This document shows positions 43,379 through 52,907 of a DNA stretch of 64,000 bases, piece by piece. Within the stretch, counting starts at the first letter, position 1. Each line of letters starts with the position of its first letter. Under the pieces are notes generated by a model. The model was given only the letters and a program-made list of their open reading frames with translations. It was not told the DNA's origin and made no database searches. A program made the position numbers and the translations under genes. The stretch is from an uncultured Gemmataceae bacterium (GTDB taxonomy: Bacteria; Planctomycetota; Planctomycetia; Gemmatales; Gemmataceae): NCBI GenBank assembly GCA_963750165.1, contig CAVVPN010000009.1:64045-128044 (forward strand). Reading direction: 5' to 3'.

Positions 43379-44918
43379 TGTTGAACGACAATAGAAATGT
43401 CCGGTCTTAACGCGATAGAAATGTCCTCCTTGCCCAGGCCAAGGAGGAGCCATGCCTATCGACGTGCTTCCCACAGACCGGATCGCCATGAGCCAGAAGG
43501 AACGCGATGTCCTCAAGGTCATGCACGGCGTCCTGCGCGGCGAGCGCACCCAGGCCGAGGCCGCTCGGGTGCTCGACCTCAGCACCCGCCAGGTCCGCCG
43601 CCTGCAGCGCAAACTCGAAGCGCACGGCGACGACGCCCTGGTCCACGGGCTGCGCGGCCAGCCTTCCAACCACCAGGCCGACGCCGCCCTCCGGCACGCC
43701 GTCCTGCGGGCCTACCGCCAGCGCTACGCCGACTTCGGCCCCCCCTTCGCCAGCGAGAAGCTGGCCCAGGAGGGGCTGGTGGTCTGCCCGCAGACGCTGC
43801 GCCGCTGGCTGCTGGCCGCCGGCCTGTGGCAGCGCCAGCGCCGCCGCGAGCAACACCGCAGCCGCCGGCCTCGGCGCGCCTGCTTCGGCGAGCTGGTCCA
43901 GATGGACGCCTCGATCCACGACTGGCTCGAGGGGCGCGGCGAGGAGGTGGTCTTGATCAGCTTGATCGACGACGCCACCAGCCGCGTGCTGGCGCGCTTC
44001 TACCCGGCGGCCACGACCGAGACGCACCTGGACCTGCTGGGCCGCTGGCTGCGCCGGTTCGGCCGGCCGTTGGAGTTGTACACCGACCGGCACAGCATCT
44101 TCGCGCCCCAGGACAAGGGCAAGGCCTTGCCGGACGCCGAGACCCAGTTCGGCCGGGCGCTGCGCGAGCTGGGCATCGGCCTGATCCGCGCCCACAGCCC
44201 GCAGGCCAAGGGGCGGCTCGAGCGCTCGTTCGGCACCGCCCAGGATCGGTGGGTCAAGGAACTGCGCCTGGCGGGGGTGACCACCTGCGCAGGCCAATGC
44301 GGTGCTGGAGCGGCTGTTGCCCGCGCACAACCGCCGCTTCACCCAGGCGGCGCGGCACGTCGGCGACGCGCACCGGCCGCTGGGGCCGGCGCACGACCTG
44401 GCGGCGATCCTGTCGCTCCAGGAGGAGCGCGTGGTCGCCAACGACTACACGATCCGCTTCCGCAACCGCTGCTATCAGTTGCTCAAGCCGATCTACCCGG
44501 GGCAGCGCGGCGGCAAAGTGGTGATCGAACTGCGGCTGGATGGGGAGCTGGCGATCCGCTTCGGCGGCCGCTATCTGAAGTACCGGGAGGTCCCAGCGGG
44601 GTGCCGCCCTGGGGGCTCTGCCCTCAGACCCCCGGAGTTTAACGCCTTGGCGGCCGATGCCAATGGGGAAGAAGAAAGCCCGGCCCCGGGTGAGGGGGCC
44701 GAGCCGACTGGCATGCAGCCGACCGGCGGGCGCTCGGGTCGCACTCCTGCGGAGCCCTATCCTCCCGACGGCGCGGGGGAAGATACCCCGAAGCGGCGCC
44801 GCGGTCCAGCCGAAGATCACCCCTGGCGGCAGCCGTTCAAAAAGCAAAAGTGACAACCCTGTGACAGCGGACATTTTTATTGTTCCCAAAATGCGGACAT
44901 TTCTATTGTTCCATGACA
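43379..44918 (+). mobile_element. insertion sequence, IS1202/ISNCY-like
   Basis: TGT...ACA ends; imperfect terminal inverted repeats, each with two ATA(G/A)AAATGTCC boxes; one DDE transposase inside. Confidence 0.85.
43452..44853 (+). CDS. DDE transposase (frameshift near 44290)
   Basis: HTH (QAEAARVLDLSTRQVRRL), GELVQMDASIHDW, IDDAT, YTDRHSIF, SPQAKGRLER; continues HNRRF...ERVVANDYTIRF. Confidence 0.9.
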
Positions 44919-45025
44919 CAGTAGCTAAATAATCCTTGCCCATCCGGTTTGCATCGGGTAAGCTTTTCCCAATCTCCACACTGTTGAAAATCTAGCCCCC
45001 TCCATCCCTCCCAGGACTCATCACC

Positions 45026-48000
45026 ATGACCATCCGCGTCGGCTGTCCTGGCTGCCGTCAGCCCTACGAAGTCACCGCGCAGGTGGCAGGCAAGCAGATG
45101 CGCTGTAGCTCCTGCGGCCAGGTGTTCCAATTCCCCGCACTGCCCGTCGCGCCCAAACCCGTGCCGCCGGCCGCGCCGGCACCCGTCCACGCCGCGTCCG
45201 CGCCACCCCCGGCCGCCCAACCGAGCGTGCAGTCCCACCCTGCCGCCGCGAAAGTCGCCCCCGATTCCCCGCGACGCAATCCCGACGCGCAGCGCCGCAC
45301 CTTCCCCGTCCGGCTCGTCGCCCTCCTGGGCGTGGCCGGCATGCTCGTCCTGGGGGGCGTCATCACCCTGGTGGTCGTGCTGAATTCCGGAGCTGGGACA
45401 CCCGACGCGCCTGAACCGATCGTCCGGCACAAGCCGGAGAACAAGGACAGGGAAGGTTCTAACAAACAGGTCAAGGACGACGAACATGCCAGGGACAAGG
45501 GCCAGGAAAAGGCCAAGGAGGTCAAGGAAGTCAAGGAAGTCAAGGAAGTCAAGGAGAAGGGAACCGACAAGCAGCCCGACAAGGCCCGGGAAGCGTTTAA
45601 CGTCGCCGAAGCGCGGCGCAGCGTCGTGTTCCTCAAGGTGCTGTCCAACGGCATTGCGGTCGCGGGTGGCTCCGGCTTTCTGGTCAGCAAAGACGGCGTC
45701 ATCTACACCAACCGCCACGTCCTGATGCCGGACGCCGTGCTGCCCGGCTACCTGCTGCTGGTCGGCGTGCCCCGCGCCGACGACCCCGATATGCTCGACT
45801 ATTTCCGGGCCGAGACGGTGTACACGCCGCCGAAGCTCGACGGCCTCGACTTCGCCGTCGTGAAAATTGCCGCCCGACCGGACCACCCCGGCTTCCGGCC
45901 GCTGCCGTTGGCTCAGGGCAAGCCCAAAATCGGCGACGCCGTCGCGGCCCTCGGCTACCCCGCGGGCTTCAAGTTCGACGAGCCCGTCCTGTCGCTCAAC
46001 AAGGGCGCCGTCTCCGCCCCCCTGGTGCGCATCAAGGGCTGCGCCTACTGCCAGACCGACGCCGCCATTAACCCCGGCAACTCCGGCGGCCCGCTGCTCA
46101 ACGAGCGCGGCGCGGCGGTCGGCATCGTCACGCTCAAAAAGGCCGACGCCCAGAACATGGGCTATGCCCTCCACCTGGATGAGATCAAAGCCGCCGCCAT
46201 CAACCCGGAGCGCTTCGCCGCCGTCCAGCCGGAGCCGGGGCCGCTCGACCTGGCCACCCTGCCCAAAGTCACCACTCTCGGCCCGAAGGCGGACGCCTGG
46301 CAAGTCGGCCAGGGCAAGATCAAGGAAGCGAAGGGCTATCTGACGCTCGACCACAACGGCGGCCGTTACTGGATGACCAGCAAGGAACCGCTGCCGGAGC
46401 ACTTCCAGCTGACCATGAAACTCGGCGCCGAGTTCCTCAGGGGCAACCAGGTCATTTACCAGTCGCAGCGCAACATGCTGCGCACCCTCTGCGTCCGCCT
46501 GGGGAGGCCGGACGCCGCCAAGCAGGACATTCTGGAGGGCAATGACTGCTATCTCCTGAAGTTCACGCACTCGCTACTGCACCTGAGCAAGGACGGTGAG
46601 GTCGTGCAGACGAAGCGGCAGGGCAGCCCCGACGAACTGTTCCAGCTGACGGTGACACGACTCAACGGCACGATCACGGTGACGGCCAACGGCGAGCAGG
46701 TGCTGCGCTACGCCGACCCGGAGCCGGCTTCAGGTCGGACGCAGTTGGCGCTGGGCGGCTACCTGTCGAGGCTGTACGTCGTCGAGGTCAAGGTGACGCC
46801 GCTCAAGGGCAACCCGGTGGTCGTCGCCAGGGAGGACAGGAAGAAGGCCCCGCCCGACAAGGCGCCGCCCGACGGCGCGGATCGCAGCGAGGTGGACCTG
46901 GGCGGCCCGGTCGGCGACGTGGTCGTGGCCGGCGGCGGCCGCTACCTGATCCTGCACCGGCTCAAGGCGGCCAAACTATCGGTGTTCGACGTGACCACCG
47001 ACAAAATCGTCAAGGAAATCTCCGTGAACGACAGCGGGGTCAAGTACGCCGCCGGCCTGGACAAGCTGGTGGTGCTGCTGCCCAGTGCCGGCCTGCTGCA
47101 GCGCTACAACCTGCGGACGTTCGAGCGTGAGGCGAGCGTGCCGGTGCCGTTCGAGGGCCGGGTCAACTCGCTGTGCATGGGCTCGGCGTCGCAGGGGCCG
47201 CTGCTGGTGACGGGGGAGGGTAAGTTTCCGCTGGCCGGCGGCGCGGTGCTCGACGTGAACACACTCAGCCGGCTCAACCTGAACGTCAAGAACGTCGAAG
47301 GCAAATTGACCCTGAACTGGGCGCAGGTCCGAGCCTCCGCCAACGGCCGCCTGTTCACCTTGTGGCGGGACGGCAGCGGCCGCGCCAGCGTGGTCGTGGA
47401 GGGCAACGAGCTGCGCTACACCGACGGCGGCGGCGGCGGCCGGATCTACGTCGTGCCATCCGCCGACGGCAGTCGTATGTTCGGCCACAGCCACCACCGC
47501 AACGGCTTCAACTGCACGCAGGGCGTCGTGTACAACCCCGAATTCAAGGTGCTGCAGTTCGGCGATAAAGGCAAGCCGGAGCGCTGGCTGTTCGCGGCCC
47601 AGCAGGGCTACTACTTCTTTGACGTGCGGCTCAAGTACAACACCTGGAAGAGCACGATCGCGTTTCACCTCATCGGCGACGACCGCCCCTTCGCGACCCT
47701 CGCCGGGGTGGATCTCGGCCAGAAGGAATTCGATCAGGACGGCGCCGGCTTCGACAAGCGGGTGTTCGTGCTGGCCGACGCCAAAAAAGTCATCACGCTG
47801 CCCAAAAATAAGGACCGGCTCGTCATTCGTCGCTTCGACCTCGAGCAGGCGCTCAAGAAATCGGACCTGGACTTTTTGGCGGTCACGTCGCTGCCGCCGC
47901 GCATGGCGACGAAGGGCACGGCCTACACCTACCAGATGAGCACGCTGTCGAAGAAGGGAGGCGTCAAGTACCGGCTCGAAAGTGGGCCGCCGGGCATGAA

Positions 48001-48142
48001 GGTGGACGGCGGCGGCCGGCTGACCTGGGCTGTGCCGACGGATTTCGCCCCGCCGGAAGCCGCCGTGGTGGTCGGCGTCACCGACCAGGCCGGTCAGGAG
48101 GTTTTTCATACGTTCAAAATTGCCGTAAGAGTCGCCCCCTGA
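45026..48142 (+). CDS. membrane-anchored trypsin-like serine protease with N-terminal zinc ribbon and C-terminal propeller/Ig-like domains
   Basis: CPGC...CSSC, TM helix, GSGFLV, TNRHV, DFAVVK, TDAAINPGNSGGPL; GPPGMKVDGGGRLTW. Confidence 0.87.
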   Translation: MTIRVGCPGCRQPYEVTAQVAGKQMRCSSCGQVFQFPALPVAPKPVPPAAPAPVHAASAPPPAAQPSVQSHPAAAKVAPDSPRRNPDAQRRTFPVRLVALLGVAGMLVLGGVITLVVVLNSGAGTPDAPEPIVRHKPENKDREGSNKQVKDDEHARDKGQEKAKEVKEVKEVKEVKEKGTDKQPDKAREAFNVAEARRSVVFLKVLSNGIAVAGGSGFLVSKDGVIYTNRHVLMPDAVLPGYLLLVGVPRADDPDMLDYFRAETVYTPPKLDGLDFAVVKIAARPDHPGFRPLPLAQGKPKIGDAVAALGYPAGFKFDEPVLSLNKGAVSAPLVRIKGCAYCQTDAAINPGNSGGPLLNERGAAVGIVTLKKADAQNMGYALHLDEIKAAAINPERFAAVQPEPGPLDLATLPKVTTLGPKADAWQVGQGKIKEAKGYLTLDHNGGRYWMTSKEPLPEHFQLTMKLGAEFLRGNQVIYQSQRNMLRTLCVRLGRPDAAKQDILEGNDCYLLKFTHSLLHLSKDGEVVQTKRQGSPDELFQLTVTRLNGTITVTANGEQVLRYADPEPASGRTQLALGGYLSRLYVVEVKVTPLKGNPVVVAREDRKKAPPDKAPPDGADRSEVDLGGPVGDVVVAGGGRYLILHRLKAAKLSVFDVTTDKIVKEISVNDSGVKYAAGLDKLVVLLPSAGLLQRYNLRTFEREASVPVPFEGRVNSLCMGSASQGPLLVTGEGKFPLAGGAVLDVNTLSRLNLNVKNVEGKLTLNWAQVRASANGRLFTLWRDGSGRASVVVEGNELRYTDGGGGGRIYVVPSADGSRMFGHSHHRNGFNCTQGVVYNPEFKVLQFGDKGKPERWLFAAQQGYYFFDVRLKYNTWKSTIAFHLIGDDRPFATLAGVDLGQKEFDQDGAGFDKRVFVLADAKKVITLPKNKDRLVIRRFDLEQALKKSDLDFLAVTSLPPRMATKGTAYTYQMSTLSKKGGVKYRLESGPPGMKVDGGGRLTWAVPTDFAPPEAAVVVGVTDQAGQEVFHTFKIAVRVAP

Positions 48143-48399
48143 CGCTTCGGTAGGATGTTCCAGCGGTTTTTCTCTGCGGGACGAAACGGTGACACCGATT
48201 TCATCGATTCGGTGTTGCCAGTGACGTAAACTGGAGGGGGTTCCGGTTTGCGGCCCCCACAGGCCAGCGGATACAATGGGCGGTCGTCGGGACCGGGGGG
48301 TTCACCTCGGCCGCACGATCAGTTCGCCCACGTACTTCCCGAAGCGTGCGCGGCGGCCCAACCTTTCGGGGAACGTGGCACCAACTTTGAGGATGCACC

Positions 48400-49431
48400 A
48401 TGAAGACTACCGAGGTCGTCAGCGGTCGCGCGTTCACCGACCTGCACCTGGCGCAACTCGTCGATCAGATGGACTCGTCCATTGGCGAGGCGACCTCCGT
48501 GATGGGGGCGATGGTCCAGGAAATCATCCGGCGTTCGCTCCGCGGCGGCGTGTTGCAGATCGGCCGCGAACTGCACGACTACGTCAGCGAACAGGTGGGG
48601 CTGCAGATCGTGGCGCAGACGCCGGTGATCGAACAGACGGCGGCGGCGACGGCCCGGGCCCGGGCCACGGAGGTCATGCGCGACGGCTTGGCAGGCGTGG
48701 AGCAGTCGGCGCGTGAGAGCGACGAACTGCTCGCGGCGCGGATCGCGGAGGAGGCGCGGCTGGCGGCCGAGGCCAGGGGACACCTGGCCCAGGAGGTGTC
48801 GCAGCGCCTGGAAATCGTCACCCAACAGGGCGAGGAAGCAACCCGGCAACTGACCGTTCGGATCGAGGACACCTCGCGTCAGGCTGAGGTGGTGGCGCAG
48901 TCGCTCACGGAGCGCCTGGAGGTCACGGCCAAGGAGACCGAGGCGGCGAAGGCGCAGCTCGCCAGCCGCATCGACGACACGGCCCGCCAGGCCGAGGAAA
49001 CGGCTGCGACCCTCGCCCGGCGCATGGCCGACGACATCGCCGCGGCGGAGCAGCGAGCGCTGGAGATGGCCCGCGCCGATTTCAAGGCCCAACTGGAGGA
49101 GGTGCGCGACCGGGCCCGCAAGACGATGGCCGCCATTCGGGACCGGCTCGACAAGGTGGAGCTGTCCAGCACCGACCTGTCAAACTTGCACCTGCAGCTG
49201 AAGAGCGACCTGCTCGAAGCGCTGCGCGCGACCCACCAGAGACTGACCGACGAGGTGTCGGCACTGCGGGAAATCAATCGCGACCTGCTCGACCGGGTGG
49301 AGAAGCTGGAACGACCCCGCGGTTTTTTCGCCTGGCTCTTCGGCCGCAACAAGAAGAAAGCGCCGCCCAAGGTGAAGCCGGCCGCCAACCGTGGCGAGAA
49401 CGCGGAGCGCGAGCCGGCGACCGTGCGGTAA
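48400..49431 (+). CDS. coiled-coil hypothetical protein
   Basis: A/E/R-rich heptads, amphipathic tail RGFFAWLFGRNKKK. Confidence 0.7.
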   Translation: MKTTEVVSGRAFTDLHLAQLVDQMDSSIGEATSVMGAMVQEIIRRSLRGGVLQIGRELHDYVSEQVGLQIVAQTPVIEQTAAATARARATEVMRDGLAGVEQSARESDELLAARIAEEARLAAEARGHLAQEVSQRLEIVTQQGEEATRQLTVRIEDTSRQAEVVAQSLTERLEVTAKETEAAKAQLASRIDDTARQAEETAATLARRMADDIAAAEQRALEMARADFKAQLEEVRDRARKTMAAIRDRLDKVELSSTDLSNLHLQLKSDLLEALRATHQRLTDEVSALREINRDLLDRVEKLERPRGFFAWLFGRNKKKAPPKVKPAANRGENAEREPATVR

Positions 49432-49599
49432 GCGCTGGAACTCCAAGCCTGCACTTCAAGTTCAGCCCATTCGGGTTGCCGCCACGTTCGCGGTTACTCA
49501 TGCCGCCGGGAGTGAGCGGTCCGCGCGGGCCGACGAAGTTGAACACCCTCCCGGCCGCCAGGCAGTGCCTCGAGCGCCGCTTCGTGCCGCCTGTCGGCT

Positions 49600-49668
49600 C
49601 CCCACCGCCAGGATGAGCGTGGCGTCGCTGTCGCGCACGTTCCACACAGTGCGCTGCAGGTCAGCGCG
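49600..49668 (-). pseudogene. fragment of a SLOG/'molybdenum carrier'-like gene
   Basis: LQRTVWNVRDSDATLIL motif only. Confidence 0.45.
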
Positions 49669-49980
49669 GTTCAGGTTTCCACCCTGTCGATTCGTGTGGT
49701 ACTTCGGTTGATGCGTCGAATGGCACGTAGATCTCCGCAAGGATCGATATGAAAATGAGATAGGCAAAAGAGGGACTCAGCTGCGAGGATGGAGTTTGCC
49801 AACAGACGCATTCCCGGCAAGGAGGCTCCAAAAATGCAGTATTCTAACCCAGGTTCCTTTCGCGCCCAGGCCAGTTTTCTCAGAGAGCCGGCCGCGAGGG
49901 CCTCCCGTCTACACGAATCTGCCGGTCGAGGCTCGTAACACTTCGTGTCCCCTAACTCCCATTCTGACCTGTCCTCTGAC

Positions 49981-50110
49981 AAGCGTCTGCTGGCGCAGGC
50001 GGCCAAGGCGGGCGTGCGGCCGCGTTACTTGTTGCTGGACCGGGGTTTCTGCAGCGTGGCCGTCCTCCGCTACCTGCAAGCCAGCCGTCTCGCCTACCTG
50101 ATACCGCGCC
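49981..50110 (+). pseudogene. IS4/ISH3-like transposase fragment
   Basis: LLAQAAKAGVRPRYLLLDRGFCSVAVLRYLQ...YLIP (DRGF motif). Confidence 0.6.
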
Positions 50111-50182
50111 CCTGCGCGGCCGCCGACTCGATCACCCCAAGGGGCCGATCGGCGCCCGCGTCTTCTCGACCTGGAAGCGGAT

Positions 50183-50398
50183 CGGTTGGGCGGCTTCTGC
50201 CTGCTGGTCAAGCGGGCTGTGCTGGAGAAGGTCGGTCCTATTGAGTCTGAGGCAGGTCTGGGGCTGTTTGACACGGATGTGCTGGGGGTGCAGGCGCGGC
50301 GGGCGGGGTACACGCTGGCGGTGTGCAAGGACCTGTTCGTCCACCACTTCGGCAGCCGCACCTTCGCTCACGGCGGGCCGGCGACCGAGGCCCGCTAA
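50183..50398 (+). pseudogene. 3' fragment of a GT2 glycosyltransferase
   Basis: LGGFCLLVKRAVLEKVG...DTD...RAGYTLAVCKDLFVHHFGSRTF*; no N-terminal part. Confidence 0.7.
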
Positions 50399-50812
50399 CG
50401 CTGATGCTGAGACGGCGATGGTTGAGCGTGTCGTGTGAAGTCTGCGGATGTCAGGCGCTACCATTGGGAAGCAAGGGATTCAAGGGGTTCACTTTGTTAC
50501 GAGCCCCGGCCTGGAGTGCCTGACCGGGCCAGCCAGGCCGTATGACGATTTTCCAAATCGTGTTATTGAACCCCGCCCTTTTTCCACTCCTTTTCGCTCT
50601 CACTTCTTTTTTTTGTCCGAAATCTGTAACAACCTCTCAATATTCCAGACTTTTGCAATTCTGTCAAAACCACCTGTAATAATCCTTCGGCCTGTCGGAT
50701 CAATCCCAAGACGCACTGCGCCGTCCATGTGCGCATTCCACTCTCTGATAAAATCAATTGACGGCAGAGCCCAAGCGCGGACTTTGCCATCGTGGCTCGC
50801 TGTCAGAATTTT

Positions 50813-50937
50813 CGGCTCTTCCGTTTTTAGGTGCGGGTTATCGGCCCGATTCTCAATTTTCCCTGGAAAAATCGTGGGGCACGTGATCGTCCGTTCACCG
50901 AAAATCCAGTGTTTCGCACCTAAAAACGGAAGAGCCG
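50813..50937. mobile_element. 125-bp MITE, copy 1
   Basis: Perfect 23-bp terminal inverted repeats CGGCTCTTCCGTTTTTAGGTGCG / CGCACCTAAAAACGGAAGAGCCG; non-coding; same sequence at 59171. Confidence 0.85.
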
Positions 50938-51101
50938 CTTACGACTGTCCAGTTTTTGGGGTCCACCTCACCGGTCTATTGACCGAGCCGCACTGGCGCG
51001 GTATCGTCAACTACGCGTTACCATGCGTGCACCCGCGGTCACACCTGCTGTTGGTGTTACTCCTTACCAGAGCAGCCCGCAACAAAAAGAAGGTATCGTC
51101 C

Positions 51102-52685
51102 ATGAACCCTTCACCCAAGAAATGGCATTCGATCCGAAATGATCAGCGTGTAGAAATTGGTCTCGTCCAGGTCGATATCGGCGACCGCGGCAAACATTAC
51201 GATCAAATCACCGACCTCCTTCTGACAAGCGCCAAGGATGAACTCAAGGACGCTCTGGTCCGGAGTGCCGAGCGTCGGGGTGGCAAACTCGCTTCCTGGG
51301 TGGACGACGGCGGCACGTTCATGTTCCAGATCGATGGTCCGGACAGTTTCCACAACTGCTGCGAGGCCGCGATTGAAATGTTGGAGCAGCTGCCGTCGAT
51401 CAAACAGGAGATGCAACTTTCTCCCGCTCTGGATCGCTTGATGATGGTTCGCATTGCCTGTGACACCGGAACCATCCCCCGCGATCCCGAAGCACACAAC
51501 TATCCGGGGGAGTTTGTTGATCAATTAAAAAAACACGAGCAGGCCGTGAGCGTGGAAAACAAAGTGACGATCACTGAACGCCTTTTCCGCAAACTCAACC
51601 CCCCCTGGAAATCCAAGTTCGTGAAGTGGAGGCACTCGGACGAACTGGGCGTTGACCTCTATACCGCCATCACGCTCGCGGTTGTAGTGGAGCAGCCAAC
51701 CCCGGCGGAAGACCCGCCGACGCCCGATCCCCGTATGCCAACACTGGGCCAAGAACCTCCCAAGGGGGCAAGATGGCGGGGGGTGGTGTCGGATGCACTC
51801 AAATCGCGCAAGCTGCAAACCGTCGGCGCGGTGGTCCTTTTGGCTCTCGTCATTTTCGGCTTGGTCCGTTTCTTGGCGGGGCCAACATCACCGCCAACGG
51901 TCCTGCCTCCACAGCCGGCGGTATGGACGGAACAGGTCCAATCGGAAGAATGGCGGAACTGGCGTAAACAGGTTCACGAGAAACTGTCCGTGGAAAAAGT
52001 GAACGAAAACACGTTGGCCGAAGCCTTCAAGATTAAACTCCCCGCGCGACCCGAACATGCGGCCGCGGCCCTGCGCCGGGACCAGGCAATTGCCGACGTG
52101 CTGATGAACTATTCAGGAGTAAAGGATACTCTCTGGAAACGGTTCGGAATCGACGAGCATAATTTTCTGGGTACGGGACTGTCGAAGCCATCCGGTGCGT
52201 TCGCGAATTATGGAGCGGCCTCCGTGCACGAGTATTTGATAAAGAACCTCCCTGACAACCATCCCTCCGTTTGGTGGCGGATACTGGACCCGAACAAAAT
52301 GACGATGACGGTCCAGGAGCTTTTTGAAAACGATCCAATGCCGGACGAAAAGAAGAAACAGCTGGTCGAGAATATCGTCCAGCGCGTGAAGGATAAGGAC
52401 ACGGCCAAACCCGCCGTGATACGGTTCGCACGGCTGAACGCCGTTGACTATTCGCGAAAACTGGGGCGCCCCGAAAGGCTCCGTGTGTTCGCCTCCAATT
52501 TAGCGGAGGTGTGGACCATAAAAGTTCCAATTGCCGCCGACCTTTCCGGACACACGTTCACCAAGGGCGACACCGTCTACGTCTGGGTCTTCTTGCCCCA
52601 TCACGCCGTGGAGGTGGTGCCGGCAACTTGGGGCGATGTGCTGATTCACCTGCCGGAGTGGCTGAGCGAATTTGACAAGAATTGA
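51102..52685 (+). CDS. class III nucleotidyl cyclase-like domain + TM + unknown external domain
   Basis: VQVDIG, GGKLASWVDDGG, VRIACDTG, NYPGEFVDQLKKHE, VTITERLF follow the cyclase motif order; TM VGAVVLLALVIFGLVRFLA. The longer 50448 start reads through the MITE and is spurious. Confidence 0.65.
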   Translation: MNPSPKKWHSIRNDQRVEIGLVQVDIGDRGKHYDQITDLLLTSAKDELKDALVRSAERRGGKLASWVDDGGTFMFQIDGPDSFHNCCEAAIEMLEQLPSIKQEMQLSPALDRLMMVRIACDTGTIPRDPEAHNYPGEFVDQLKKHEQAVSVENKVTITERLFRKLNPPWKSKFVKWRHSDELGVDLYTAITLAVVVEQPTPAEDPPTPDPRMPTLGQEPPKGARWRGVVSDALKSRKLQTVGAVVLLALVIFGLVRFLAGPTSPPTVLPPQPAVWTEQVQSEEWRNWRKQVHEKLSVEKVNENTLAEAFKIKLPARPEHAAAALRRDQAIADVLMNYSGVKDTLWKRFGIDEHNFLGTGLSKPSGAFANYGAASVHEYLIKNLPDNHPSVWWRILDPNKMTMTVQELFENDPMPDEKKKQLVENIVQRVKDKDTAKPAVIRFARLNAVDYSRKLGRPERLRVFASNLAEVWTIKVPIAADLSGHTFTKGDTVYVWVFLPHHAVEVVPATWGDVLIHLPEWLSEFDKN

Positions 52686-52907
52686 ACAGCGAGCCCAAGG
52701 CCACTTGGACTTGCTGAATTAATTCCTTGCATTCAGAGGGCAGCACTATTATACTCGGACTTTCTTCAAGTTCTTTGAATTGGAGGACTGGTCAAACCGG
52801 CTGGCCAAGTGTCGAAGAATCCTCCGCAGTGGCTCATGATCGGTGATTTCGCTTGATACCTGACTGCGGAACCTTTGCCCAGGCGGAAGCTTTCAGGAGC
52901 AATCGTA

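Noticed and set aside
45514..45560. 9-nt AAGGAAGTC tandem repeat as a phase-variation tract
   Set aside because: In frame (KEV)n within a linker, so copy changes would not switch expression.
50448..51101. long N-terminal extensions of ORFs 50448 and 59154 sharing an identical peptide
   Set aside because: The shared GSSVFRCGLSARF... peptide is read-through of the MITE, not a protein domain.
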